A stretch of 64,000 nucleotides of DNA, from the IMG/VR virus record IMGVR_UViG_3300045988_164340, positions 128,001 through 192,000 of that record. One strand, given 5' to 3'. How positions within the stretch are numbered: position 1 is the first letter of the stretch; each line of letters opens with the position of its first letter. The position numbers and the translations under genes were made by a program. The notes beneath the pieces are model-generated. The model had not been told where the DNA came from, ran no database searches, and was given only the letters and a program-made list of their open reading frames with translations. Positions 34,946 to 46,566 of this stretch are shown here, in pieces. This DNA is from a virus.

Positions 34946-35119
34946 TTAACAGTCAGTATTGTCTCCATCAGTAATAATAACAGGACAATTAACCCAATCC
35001 ATAGTGCCATCACCATTATCTCTATAGCATTTGACATTTACGTTCTTAGCATCATTATTATTTCCAACATTTTTAGTACTACTAATATTACTATCATTTT
35101 TATTAGAAATATCATTCAT
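34946..35119 (-). CDS. hypothetical 57-aa protein
   Basis: MNDISNKNDSNISSTKNVGNNNDAKNVNVKCYRDNGDG...; weak SD. Confidence 0.35.
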   Translation of the reverse strand: MNDISNKNDSNISSTKNVGNNNDAKNVNVKCYRDNGDGTMDWVNCPVIITDGDNTDC

Positions 35120-35126
35120 ACCAAAA

Positions 35127-35267
35127 TTATTCTTTTCTTTCCCACTCAAAATCAACACAGAGATTATATCCAATTTCCAAAGCTTTACAAATATCTTCTT
35201 GAATACCAATTAACTTATCAAGTTTTTGACATTGTTTAATAGCGTAATGCTTCTTAATAATATTCAT
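35127..35267 (-). CDS. hypothetical 46-aa protein
   Basis: MNIIKKHYAIKQCQKLDKLIGIQEDICKAL...; starts 3 nt after the upstream stop. Confidence 0.4.
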   Translation of the reverse strand: MNIIKKHYAIKQCQKLDKLIGIQEDICKALEIGYNLCVDFEWERKE

Positions 35268-35269
35268 TC

Positions 35270-36088
35270 TTACATACCTTCGTCATCGCAGTTACAACAA
35301 TCATCATCACTACATTCACTATTCTGATACAACTTAAAACTATCAAAGATATGGTAAATTCTAGCATAATCTCCACCATATGTATTATCCAAATTAAGAT
35401 TCTCCAACATTTTTTCAAGCGTATCACAAGTAGCATCAATTAATCTAAGCATGGGTAAAGTACAGTTACCATGAATTTCTTCTACAAAAATATCAGTATA
35501 ATAAACCTTCTTACCTACCTCTCTGTCATAATTTCCCCAAATATTAGCTGAAATGGTCACACTTTGATTACTATTTACAAGATTACTTTTAAAATTAATA
35601 GCAATTGTTGCTTCACGATTAGTTTCGCTTTTAGAAGTAAATTTGATATCACAATAATCCAAAATCAAATGTAATTCTTTTACCCAACAATGTTCATACA
35701 ACATATTAAGATTAGGATACTGTTTCTTCATTTGTTCACAAGTCATTTCATGAAAAGGAATAAGTTTTTCTTTATTTTCTTCAATCATATTTTCAGTCTC
35801 ACTTTCGATTTTTTTAGATTTCCAATCAAGCTCCCCACAAGAAACCCAATTTTCATATTGCCAATCAATATCACTTACCCAAATGAATTTATAATATTTT
35901 CCATTATCATCATTTTTAACAACAGCAATATCGCCATTCTCTAATTCATTAGTAGGAATATTATCTAATTGTTTTACATCATGCAATCCATAATAATATT
36001 TAATTTTCTTGCCAAAGTTGCTTTTTTCAGACATAACTAAATAAGGTTTACCTTTAGCTTCATATTTAGTTTTATTTTCATTTTTCAT
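35270..36088 (-). CDS. hypothetical protein
   Basis: 272-aa ORF; Cys/Asp-rich C-terminus. Confidence 0.7.
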   Translation of the reverse strand: MKNENKTKYEAKGKPYLVMSEKSNFGKKIKYYYGLHDVKQLDNIPTNELENGDIAVVKNDDNGKYYKFIWVSDIDWQYENWVSCGELDWKSKKIESETENMIEENKEKLIPFHEMTCEQMKKQYPNLNMLYEHCWVKELHLILDYCDIKFTSKSETNREATIAINFKSNLVNSNQSVTISANIWGNYDREVGKKVYYTDIFVEEIHGNCTLPMLRLIDATCDTLEKMLENLNLDNTYGGDYARIYHIFDSFKLYQNSECSDDDCCNCDDEGM

Positions 36089-36651
36089 CGAAATAAATCC
36101 TCTTTATAGATAAAATTATTATAGACTTCTTTTGTCAAATCAACTTTTGTTCCATTATTGTCAATAACGTAATCATAAGCAATTCCTGACTTACTTACAC
36201 CATCATCAGCATGATTACCATATTTACTATTTTCATCTAAAACTTTTCTATTGACTTTAATTGTTTTACAATAAATTCCTTTTTTACAACAATATTCTTT
36301 AATCCATGTAATATCTTTATCTTCTCTCGCATGTAAAAATAAAATTTTTCTATCAAAAGTGGTATAATTGTATACTTTTTCAATTTTTTCTTTGAGATAT
36401 TTATAAGTTGTATTATCCCAATAATCAAGCATATCTTTTAATTCACAAAGGAATCGTCTATCCATAGGTCGTTTAGACTTCTCATCCCAGCCCATTAAAG
36501 AAGCCCACTTTTTAGCGGGGGCAGAAGTGTAATATTTATGGACAAGAGAATGAGGGTCAAAATTATCCATAGCTGTCCAAACCAAATCACAAAAAGTATC
36601 TTTACCAGACCCACCTGAACCATTTATAATATAAACTTTAAAATAAGACAT
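36085..36651 (-). CDS. P-loop kinase, dNMP-kinase-like
   Basis: 188 aa; Walker A NGSGGSGKDTF at the N-terminus. Confidence 0.5.
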   Translation of the reverse strand: MSYFKVYIINGSGGSGKDTFCDLVWTAMDNFDPHSLVHKYYTSAPAKKWASLMGWDEKSKRPMDRRFLCELKDMLDYWDNTTYKYLKEKIEKVYNYTTFDRKILFLHAREDKDITWIKEYCCKKGIYCKTIKVNRKVLDENSKYGNHADDGVSKSGIAYDYVIDNNGTKVDLTKEVYNNFIYKEDLFR

Positions 36652-36732
36652 AGTTTTCTCCTTGTAAAATTAAGTTTTGGCAAAGGTTTGTTAACTTTTG
36701 AACTACTGTGCCACTGGTGGGACATCCTCATC

Positions 36733-37461
36733 TCATCTGGAATGATGTCTCTTAGATGACTTCTTGTTAGAAGTCTTATTATTATCTGAAGAAGAGTTAG
36801 AAGAAGTATTAGGAAGATTATTAGTATCATTATCTTTCTTAATAACTTCTCTCTTACCATCAAGTCCAACAATAATAATATCTTCGTTCTTAGTATTAAG
36901 AATAACAAAAGGTCGTTGGACACCGCAACAATTCTTTTCAGCAGCTTCAAGAGCAGTAAGAATATGTTGTTCAGGAGTAAAATCTTTCATATATTTAGTA
37001 GTAGCATAAAGACTTCCTTTAGCAGTTACCTCACCACAACCGACAGCAGAATAACCAGCTAAAGGTTCAAGAACAGAATAATCATTCTGAATTTCATAAA
37101 GTTTTCCATCAATACCTACTAAGAAATTACCACCTTTATCTCCACTATCTTTAATACCATTTTCAAAAAGAGTGATAATATTAGGAACAAAAGTAGTAAC
37201 CATATATTCATGATTTACTTTAGTTTCACCAGAAGGAATTTTATATTTATCAATCTCAGGGAATAAAGTTTTGCTGTATTTAAGCAAATCAATATGTCTA
37301 AAAGTAGAAGTACTACCCATAACAACATTTTTCAAAGTAGTATTCCTAAATACTTTAGGATTAGATTCAACATCCTGAGTATAGCCATTATTACCAAGAC
37401 TGTCTGCACCAATCCAAGTAACATTATTTTTCTTATCTGTAAAACCAACAATGCAAGTCAT
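36733..37461 (-). CDS. Ntn-hydrolase (proteasome/HslV-like) fold protein
   Basis: 242 aa; MTCIVGF N-terminal nucleophile context, GCG motif; low-complexity C-tail. Confidence 0.55.
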   Translation of the reverse strand: MTCIVGFTDKKNNVTWIGADSLGNNGYTQDVESNPKVFRNTTLKNVVMGSTSTFRHIDLLKYSKTLFPEIDKYKIPSGETKVNHEYMVTTFVPNIITLFENGIKDSGDKGGNFLVGIDGKLYEIQNDYSVLEPLAGYSAVGCGEVTAKGSLYATTKYMKDFTPEQHILTALEAAEKNCCGVQRPFVILNTKNEDIIIVGLDGKREVIKKDNDTNNLPNTSSNSSSDNNKTSNKKSSKRHHSR

Positions 37462-37522
37462 AATTAATTTTTACCTCTATTTAAGTATTTTTTAATTTGA
37501 TTTTAAATTCAATATTTATAAA

Positions 37523-38302
37523 TTATTTAAGCCTAAAAACAACTTTTTTCTTAACGATACATTTTTCAATAAAGTTCATTTCTAATAAAGCGTTAAGGTA
37601 TTTTCTTAAAGTAACAGAAGATAACGAACTTATTTGTTCAAGTTTAGTTAAAGCAATATATTCTTTGTTTTCCCAGCCATGAGGAAAAGCTTTATTAAGG
37701 GCTTGATTTCTATTTACTTTCATTTTAATTAAAAGATAAGTATTAAGCAAGCTATCAATTTTTAATTTTTCTTTATGATTTTCTTTTAAGCAATAAGACA
37801 TAATAGTTAAATAGTCTTCAATAGTAAGAATAGTAAATTTACTATTAATGTCATCATTATCTACTTTTATAGAAAGCATATATTGAGGAAATCTTTGATA
37901 TTTTGTTAAGAGTTTTTGTTTTTCTTTTTCTATTAATTCTATAGCTTCTTCCATTTGAAATTCACAATGATTAAAGTAATCTCCATATTTAGGAATATCA
38001 ATAATAGAATCACATATAATTTCTTTTTTGTCATTTACTATAGTATTAGAAAGTAAATACAAGCAAGAAAGTATTTTACTAATTTTAGAAGCTTTAGTTT
38101 TTTGATTTTCCATACTATCATCTATATAACATTCTTCCAAAAACAGAACGCTACTATTTACTTTTCCAAGCATATTCTTATTAATAGCTAAGAATAAATA
38201 AGTAAGACAAGTATATGAATTAACAGTATTAGAAAGTTCAATTACACCATTTGGAATTTTAATAAATAAAGAATTGATTTGATTTTGATTAGTTTCTTCC
38301 AA
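37523..38302 (-). CDS. first gene of the - block; C-terminal winged-helix-like region
   Basis: 259 aa, TTG start; LTKLEQISSLSSVTLRKYLNALLEMNFIEK. Confidence 0.6.
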   Translation of the reverse strand: MEETNQNQINSLFIKIPNGVIELSNTVNSYTCLTYLFLAINKNMLGKVNSSVLFLEECYIDDSMENQKTKASKISKILSCLYLLSNTIVNDKKEIICDSIIDIPKYGDYFNHCEFQMEEAIELIEKEKQKLLTKYQRFPQYMLSIKVDNDDINSKFTILTIEDYLTIMSYCLKENHKEKLKIDSLLNTYLLIKMKVNRNQALNKAFPHGWENKEYIALTKLEQISSLSSVTLRKYLNALLEMNFIEKCIVKKKVVFRLK

Positions 38303-38729
38303 ATTATAGTCACACCTTTATAGGTCAATTCAATTTTTCAAAAATAAAGTAACATATATTTTTAATTTTGTCAAGTCTTTTCTTTTAAAAACTCTTCTAA
38401 AATATAGAAATAACAAAGAAAAAAGGTGCATTGAACACCCAAGCATGATAATGCGCGGGTGTATAGTCTTTCTTTTATATTATTTAGTCTATATTCTGTA
38501 AATCACTAAGGACGGTAAAAAAGTCCTTAAAATCACTGGTGTTTGAAGCATTTTTTAAGAATATGGAAATGTATGAGTACCATTTACAAAACTAATGACA
38601 TTGAAAAAATTTTGTATGAGTAGAATTGACATTTTTAATTTTGAACATCTTTCCTGATGGAAGTATAACATACAAAACATAGAAAAGTCAAGGGGTTTAT
38701 GAATGCGATTAAAAATTTTTCATAAATAG

Positions 38730-38758
38730 TTGACAGAAATAGAAACATGTGTTACAAT
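38730..38758 (+). promoter_or_regulatory. sigmaA-type promoter opening the right + strand block
   Basis: TTGACA, 17 nt, TACAAT with TGt. Confidence 0.7.
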
Positions 38759-38901
38759 TCAGACATGAAAGAAAAGCGGATGAATACCAATGAGAATTGT
38801 GAATTCGTCCAATAAAAAATATAGAAAGAGAGGTACAACAATGTATAATTCTTAAGCAAAAAAGCAATGCAAAAGCATAGATGAATACATTAAAGCAACC
38901 G

Positions 38902-39618
38902 ATGGAGATTGTAAAAAATATAGATATAGACCTTAATAAGAGGACAATTTTTTTAGATGTAGATGATGTTTTGTTAGATAGTTCAGTGGCAGTGGTAAAT
39001 ATCTTAAATTAGCGTTATGGTTTAAATAAGACTTTAGATGATTTGGTTGACTGGGGATACAAAAGTATTTATAGAAATTTAACTAAAGAACAAGTTAGTG
39101 AAATTTACGAATCAGAAGAATTTTGGTCATCAGTAAAGCCTAATGAAATATTAATGAAAGCTTTAGAAGATTCCGAAGAAGATGAACAAGGAATTTGGCA
39201 ACAATATAATTGGATATTACTTACCAAAGGCTCAAAAGAATCACTACAGAAGAAACTTGATTATTTAAATAAGATTCCGTTTTTTAAACGTAATGAATCG
39301 AAATGGCGGTATTTTGGATTAGGTCATGGAGAGAAGAAAGAAGATGTTCATATGTTAGGACGGATTCAAATTGATGATAATTATAATTTTCTTAATAGAA
39401 CTGATGCAGATTTAAAGATTCTTGTAAGGAATGGTAAAGAGACAAGATTTAATCGACCTAAAGTTGAGACAGAAAATCTTGAAAATTTATATATTGTAGA
39501 TAATATTTCACAAGTTTTTGAAATTTTAGAATTTATAACAAAATTGGATACTGAAGATATTGACCTTGATGGTTTTGATATTATGGATATGATTACCGAG
39601 GTTAGTCAAATTATTTAA
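38902..39618 (+). CDS. HAD-family 5'(3')-deoxyribonucleotidase-like protein, one in-frame TAG (39010)
   Basis: IFLDVDDVLLDS HAD motif I lies upstream of the TAG and is fused in frame to ORF 39043..39618; start 38902 or 38881. Confidence 0.6.
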
Positions 39619-39643
39619 AATTCCAGCGAAGGAAGGTAACTAA

Positions 39644-42559
39644 GTGCGTTTATTTTACACCGTTAAGCTTAATAGTGCATTAATCAAAGAAAACGGCTAT
39701 AATTTAGACATTAGTTTTCAAGATTGTTTAAAGAGCAATCTAATTGTTTCTTTAGCAGATAGTCAAATGCTAAAGAGTATTCGTGATATAACTGGTTAGA
39801 AGATTGATAGAGTCCAGCTTGAAGAATGGTACTCTGAAAGAGATAAATTAAAAAAAGGAAAAAACAGCAAGAATAATAGGGATAGAATTAAAGAGTTACA
39901 AAGAAAAATCTATAACATGATGTTTATACCACAGTATATTACTGTAAGCATGGAAAATGTCAAATCTTATCGAGACATCTATGAAAATGGTTTTTCTTTT
40001 ACTATTGATTGTGGAGAGCCTATTATTAAAACTGTTAAAAATAAAGATGGTTTAAATGAAGATATAGTTGTTGGTTACGAGAAAGTAACGTATCATTACA
40101 AACGTTTATCTTGTTCAGCATCTCAAGCACGAGTAAGTACAGTAGTTTTTTGTGAAGAAACTATTTTGCCAGAATTAAAGAGAAGGCTTGATAATGGACG
40201 TAATATGGATGATTACAAAATCGCTCCTAGTAAGTATAATGCATATTTTGGTTTATATTCGAGTGCAACAAAAGAAGTTACCAAGCCAAGATTTTGTATA
40301 ATTCCAGATTATTCAGAAGTAAGACCTGTTGATGTTGATTTTGTGATTGAACAACCAGAAGACCAAGATGATATTATCGAAGAAAGAACAGTAGACGTTG
40401 AATTTAATATGGTCGATGGTTCTGGTTTAATTAGTCCTCAAATGGCTGAACAATGGGGAAAAGACCTTGGAGAAGAGTATACTCCTTGTCAATTTTGTAT
40501 TCGCTGTGCTTTCACAAAAGGGGCTGTAAACGAATTTGATTTTGTTGACTGGTGTAAAGAACTCAACAACGAGAATTATTTAATTAAAGATGTTTACGGC
40601 AACTACGTAGATGTAAGAAATATTGATGTTATTCTTACAGAAGGTATGGCAAAACTTTGGAGTGCTTGGGATTCTCAAGAAAGTTTTGAAGAAAATTGTC
40701 AAAAGAATGGTATTATTTGGGGAGTAACCAAATATGCTCCTAAACAAGACAAAGAAGTAAATACAGCAAACTATCAATTTTTGCAAACTTTAAATCTTAC
40801 GCCAGAAATGGTAAAAGATGTTTGTAAACCAACAGTTGATTATATTCAAGGTGTAAGTTACGATAATATTTATTACACTTTATTATTTCTTCTCGGCGAA
40901 AATTTGACTCAAGATAATATTGAAAATTATATGAAATCAAGTGACAATTATTGGTTAAAGTCTCTTGTTTTAAATAATTCTTTGTTATATGATAAATATT
41001 CTAAAGAAAAAGTAAGAGATTTTATTATTAGAAAAATTGAACTTGCTTGTCTTGGAAAAATTATGGTTCATGGTAATTTTCAATGTATTGTAGTTGATGG
41101 GTATGCTTTTATGCAAGCCGCTACAGGTCAAAAAGTAACTGGCTTGTTAAATGCAGGAGAAATGTATTCGCAATTTTGGAATGAGAGAAACGTTACAAAA
41201 GTGGATACTATGCGTAGTCCTCTTACTCATTTTAGCGAGCATTACCCTGTTGAGTTAAAGAATACAGAAGAAATGAAAAAGTGGTACAAGTACAGTTATA
41301 GTGGAGTAATTGTTAATTGTCACGATGCACATACAATGCATTGGGCAGGAAGTGACTATGACTATGACATTATATTTACCTGTGATAATCCAAATTTTAT
41401 TAATGGCGTTTATCCTGACCAAAGAGTAGTAACTTACAACGCTAAAAAGCCTCATAAAAAGCCAGCGAGAGAAATGACTGATTTGGATTTGTATAATACT
41501 GATACATTTAGTTTTGGTACAAGAATTGGTCAAATTACTAATATTTGTTCTACATTTGTTGGTATGTTACCTTTGTTTGAAAAAGGTAGTAAAGAAGAAA
41601 AATTGTTGCAAGACAGAGTTAGGTCATGCTGTGCGGCTCAGTCGAGACAGATAGATAAAACTAAGATTGGTGAAAATGTTAAAGCAGAAGCAACAATTTG
41701 GAAACAATATCAACATATAAATCCAGAAGATTCTCCAGAAGAAATTAAAAGAAAAGAATTTCTTAATTCTCTCTTAGCTGATAAAAAGCCTTATTTTTTC
41801 AGATACAAATATAATACTTTAAGTAAAGAATACAACGAATTTGTTAAGAAAAACGAACAAGATTGTCAGCTTAGATTTGCTTGTTCTTTAAAAGAGTTGT
41901 TGGCTAAAGATGAGAATTTATTAAATGAAAGTCAAAAAGAATTTATTAGATGTTATAAACATTTTCTTCCTGTGGTTGATTCTGATTGTGTGATGAATCA
42001 AATTTGTAAATATATTGAAAATGTTGATTTTCATATTAGAGAAAAAGTCCGCTCTTCTCAAAACTTTGATTATCATACCTTAATGTCTGATGGTTTTGTA
42101 ATTAACAAAAAGATATATGAACAAATTAACGATTTAGTATCAAGTAGAATTAAGGAATGGGCAGCTAAAAGAACAGAAAAAGCTCTTGACGGAGCGTTTA
42201 CAAGCAAAACAGTAAACCCAAGCAAAGTTCTTGACAGAGATTTAGAATATAATATTTTAAGACAAGATTTATTAACTAATATTTGTTCTAATGAAGAACA
42301 ATTAGCAAACCATTTAATATATTTATTTTACGTTGATAAACAGTCTTATAACAAGAACATTCTTTGGGCTTTAGTTGGAAGACAAATATATGAGAATATA
42401 AGAAAAAAGACCTCTGTTTATTATTTTCCTCAAAAGAATCCTAATGGTTCTTTAGAGTTTTTATATGAGAAGTATTCTATTGAGAGAGTACTTGTAAGTC
42501 ACAAAGAGGAAATTGAAGAAGAGGAAAAAGGTATAAAGGAGGAATCTTTTTATGATTGA
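39644..42559 (+). CDS. single-subunit RdRP/YonO-like (two-barrel) RNA polymerase, one in-frame TAG (39797)
   Basis: GTG 39644 after GGAAGG; motifs IRCAFTKGAV, MRSPLTHFSEHYPV and GSDYDYD (41354-41368) parallel the IRxxxxKGxV / NPxxHPGD / DxDGD motifs of cellular RdRPs and YonO. Confidence 0.6.
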
Positions 42560-43616
42560 CATTTATGATGAAGAGGGTTATATTCAAGAAGTTCTTTAGA
42601 ATGGTTTTTCTCAAAAGTGGTAGAGAGATGCTGCTTTACTGGTAAAATATTTTAAGACAGAATATGCACTTGGAAATTAGCCCTCTTGGAATAAAGCATG
42701 GGTTAAAGAAACGATTAAAGAAAAGTGTAAGAAGTATGTACCAACTTATGACCCCAATGTAACCTTTAATAGAGTTAATAAGTTGGTAGATACAACTTGG
42801 AAGAATTGGAAGGTTGACCCTGATAATCCAAAAGAATCATCTTAGCTTAGGAAAATAAAAGAAATAAAAATTCCCGAAGCGGTGCTAAACTGGTTTTTAA
42901 ATCTTGATACATATTATATAACAGACGAAGAAGTAAAAGATATTAAATCAAGGCGTAAGAATGTTAGTGTAAAGAATCATCCAATTACAATGGCACGAGC
43001 TAAATATTTATTTACTTTATATGTATGGACAAAAATTTAGGAAAACTATTTAAGTAGACCTAATATACATTATCTTGAGAAATATAATAAGAAGTTAAGA
43101 AATGATGCTGATTTAAAGCCAAGTTTTTCTCTCACGAAAGAAAGAAACGTATTATTTGATTTAGGATTCATAGATATAAATCATGGACTTGGAGTGACTC
43201 CTATATTTATGGACAAAGAAGATTTCAAAGAAGCGGAGAAAGATGAAAAGGTAATTTTATTGGGTCGGAATGACCTCTATTTGTGCGGAAAATGGCTCGA
43301 AATGAGGAAATTCGGAACTTTTAGATGCCAAAAATGTCGGAAATTATTGCCGCTTCCTGAGAAAAACAAAAAAGGTGGAACACCTAAAAAATATTGTGAC
43401 GAATGTGCAAAACTGGTAAGGAATTGCATAAGTAGTCATTATTTTTGCGAAGTTTGTGGAAAAGAAATAGAACATAATAGTGTAACACAGAGAATCCGCA
43501 AGCGTTGTGCCACTTGTTAGGACCTCTATCGTAAGATGAAAGATAGAGAAAGAAAACAAAATTTGAAAAATTCCGCAAATAAGCCGAAAAACCTCGATGC
43601 TGATTTTGATATATAA
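42552..43616 (+). CDS. hypothetical protein with C-terminal zinc ribbons, six in-frame TAG
   Basis: 1065 nt in frame; ATG overlaps the RNAP stop; CQKC...CDEC...CEVC...CATC. Confidence 0.6.
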
Positions 43617-43722
43617 AATAAGGCAAAAACGACAACTTTTTAAAAAAATAATGTCTGCGTAGGTGGAAGGAAGAATAGAAACGCTCCTTCCAAATTTAAA
43701 AATAAAAAGGATTGATTAATTT

Positions 43723-44157
43723 ATGATTAAGGTTTCTAAATACGAGCGTAAGGAATTAGAGAGAGTTGGTCTTCTTAAGAATAGACAAGTTGGTTTGAAT
43801 CCACAAGACGCAAATTATACTGTTACTAATAGAGAACATGTAGGTCGTGATAAGACAATTTATGTTGCTGAAGAACCTGAAATTATGCTGTTCTTAGGTA
43901 AGTATGATGATTTGAATCTTCAGAGAATTAGCGTTAATCAGTATAACAAGCTTGTTGAAAAGAAGATTTTGAATGATGCAAATATTCAGCGTTGGGGCGA
44001 ATATAAAGTCAACGCTATTTGCTTCCAAGATTCATACGGCGTTTATCGTTGCAAAAAGATTTCTAAGATTATGCTTGAACTCGGTATTTGGAGCAATAAC
44101 AAATCTAAGGGTGGGTATAAGCCCCATAAGGTTGTTGAATCTCATACTGAAGATTGA
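43723..44157 (+). CDS. hypothetical protein
   Basis: 144-aa ORF, no TAG. Confidence 0.65.
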   Translation: MIKVSKYERKELERVGLLKNRQVGLNPQDANYTVTNREHVGRDKTIYVAEEPEIMLFLGKYDDLNLQRISVNQYNKLVEKKILNDANIQRWGEYKVNAICFQDSYGVYRCKKISKIMLELGIWSNNKSKGGYKPHKVVESHTED

Positions 44158-44201
44158 TAGAAACTGTTTCTAAAATTTTCGAAAAAATTTTTCAAAAACT
44201 C

Positions 44202-44230
44202 TTGACAAAGATATAAAATTGTGTTATATA
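44202..44230 (+). promoter_or_regulatory. sigmaA-type promoter upstream of HU
   Basis: TTGACA, 17 nt, TATATA with TGt. Confidence 0.65.
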
Positions 44231-44324
44231 TAAAGTGAGTCAAGGGAAAACCTTGATAAATAAAGGTTTTAAAAGGTAATTTTAAAAATTAAAATTTAAA
44301 AGATTTAAAGGAGTATTTAATATT

Positions 44325-44606
44325 ATGGTTAAGAATGAATTTATTGCTGCTATTAAGGACACTGAGGTTTGTGCAGACATTTCCAAGAAGGATATTGAGG
44401 CTGTCATCAAGGGTATTGATGAGGTTATTACTAATGTTGTCGCTTCCGAAGATAGCCTTAAGTTTGGTAGTATTGGCACCTTCTCTGGGGTCACTCGTCC
44501 CGCAAAGACTGCAAGGAACCCCCTCACGGGAGCTACCGTAGAGGTTCCTGAGAAGCATGGATATCCTAAGTTCAAGTTCTCTGCTAATATGAAGAAGTGC
44601 GATTGA
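44325..44606 (+). CDS. hup: HU/IHF-family DNA-binding protein
   Basis: 93 aa; RPAKTARNPLTGATVEVPEKHGYPKFKFS is the HU beta-arm signature. Confidence 0.85.
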   Translation: MVKNEFIAAIKDTEVCADISKKDIEAVIKGIDEVITNVVASEDSLKFGSIGTFSGVTRPAKTARNPLTGATVEVPEKHGYPKFKFSANMKKCD

Positions 44607-44708
44607 TATAATACAAGATTGGTTTCTTTCGAATAAAGAAATCTTTACAATTAAAAATAGCTCCAAGTCATCTTATGGTGGCTTGGGGCTTTTTATATAG
44701 GTGATACA

Positions 44709-45554
44709 ATGACAAGATTTAGATTGATTAAAGCAATTATGGAGGAAACAGGGTATGATAAAGAAACTGTTTCTAATGTAATTGAATCTTTAGAATATAA
44801 AATTCTTGATACTATTGCAATGGAAGATTAGCTTGATTTTGTGTTTGGTTCTATTTATGGGACTACTAAACCATCTCATAAAATTACAGGATATGTTTCA
44901 ATGCTTCCTGAAATTAGAAAACAAAAAGCTTGGTCTTCTGCATTTTTAGGATATCCAATGATTAAGTTTAGTAGAGAGGCTAAAAACTGTGATAGAGTTT
45001 ATGCAAACGAATTCTTTGCTTGGCCTGAAAATAGATATACTTCGTTAGCTAGGAAGTATAGACAAGATGTTGGAGACCCTGAAATTCCAGAATACGAAGG
45101 TTTATCTGAAGAAAAAATTCAAGAGTTGTGTCAAAAAGCGGATGAAGAGAAAAAAGGTCCTCAATCTCCCCATCAAAAAGCAAGAGAGGCGAGTAACGAA
45201 AGAAAAAGGATTAAACATCAAGAAGCTCGTCATGCTTTAATGAGGCAAATGGACTTAGAAAAACAAAGAGAGAATGGAGTTCCCGAGGAAGATTTGATTG
45301 AGCGACCATTTGAAGATATTTTAGAAGACATGAAAGCTGAATGGTGGCAAACTCACGAAGATTTTCAAAAAAACTGGAAACCATATTTAGCCGACCCTGA
45401 AAAAGTCAAGGAAAGACAGGCTGCTCGTTTGCAACATGCAAAAGAGCACAAAGAATGGATGAAACGACAAGCTGAACTCAAAAATAAAAGAAATGAAGTT
45501 TGGCAAGGAGAAATTAACGATGACGGAATAGCAGTTGAGAAAAACGACGGTTGA
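44709..45554 (+). CDS. HU-like N-terminal domain fused to a charged helical extension, one TAG (44829)
   Basis: MTRFRLIKAIMEETGYDKETVSNVIESLEYKILDTIAMED(TAG)LDFVFGSIYG... continues in frame into ORF 44841..45554. Confidence 0.6.
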
Positions 45555-46293
45555 ATGGTTTTATCGTTGGGTTGGTTTTAGCGTGGCCAATGGTAAACAT
45601 AAATGGATTATTGATATTTATAATAGGATAACTCCCTTACCAGCAAACCATATGATGCTGTATACAGAACCTTGGTGTGCAGCTACCGTTTCTGCTCTTG
45701 GAGAGAGATTAAATTTGACAGAATATATTTATCCTGAATGTAGTTGTAATAGAATGATAGCTCTCTATCAAAAGAATGGAAGATGGGAAGAAAGAGATGG
45801 TTATAAACCTCAAATTGGAGATTTGTGTTTTTACGATTGGCAAGATAACGGAGTTGGAGAATGTACTGGAGAAGCTGACCATGTTGGCATGGTTTGTGAC
45901 GTAAGTGGAAACACCTTTAAAGTTTTAGAAGGAAATTATTCCAATGAAGTTAAGAGTCGCACAATGCAAATTGATGGTAAATATATTAGAGGTTTTGGTT
46001 TACCAAATTATGCTAAAGCTGCAATCGGTTATAAAGCTCCAGTCGATAAAACCAATATTAGAACTATGGCTGGTCAAGTACCCTATTTAAACATAGACAA
46101 TAATAACGAAGCTGTTAAAATGGCTAAGATTCTTTTTAATAGTTTAGGGTTTAATGCTGGGACAGACACAATTTTCGATGAATAGCTGGAAAATGTAGTA
46201 AAACAATACCAAAAGATGTATGGTTTGAGATAGAACGGTGTAATTAACAGAGATGTTTGGTTGTTATTGCTTTAGGGAAAACCTAAGAAATAA
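45520..46293 (+). CDS. endolysin: CHAP amidase/peptidase + PG_binding_1 domain, four in-frame TAG
   Basis: EPWCAATVS, ADHVGMVCD, VLEGNYSNE (CHAP); C-terminal ...VVKQYQKMYGLR(TAG)NGVINRDVW; AAGGAG SD before ATG 45520; TAG at 45529, 46183, 46231, 46273. Confidence 0.75.
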
Positions 46294-46323
46294 TTAATTA
46301 TTAAGAGAAGGATGGTGAATTTT

Positions 46324-46527
46324 ATGGCTGGACCTGCTCGCAGAAAGTCTCTTAAAACTCTAATCAAGGAAGTGACAGTTGGATTAGCCAACACTTTCCG
46401 TAATAATATTAATGAAAATAATAAGAATATTGCGGAAACAGTGGATAATTTGCCTGATATCGCTATCAGTAAAGAACAACCAGTTGATTAGAAAGCAGGA
46501 GACTTCTGGTTTCAAATTGTAGATTAA
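46324..46527 (+). CDS. small structural-type protein, one TAG (46489)
   Basis: ends QPVD(TAG)KAGDFWFQIVD, same module as the C-terminus of 60085..60492. Confidence 0.55.
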
Positions 46528-46566
46528 TTAAATTTTTGGAATTAAAAGGTTTAGAAGGTGTGTTAA

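Noticed and set aside
36624-37009. ORFs 36624..36950(-) and 36764..37009(+) overlapping the Ntn-hydrolase 3' end
   Set aside because: They arise from the low-complexity Ser/Asn-rich tail region. They have no SD and are out of frame with the supported gene.
44282-44666. - strand ORFs 44282..44575 and 44289..44666
   Set aside because: They are antisense to the high-confidence HU gene. They are shadow ORFs.
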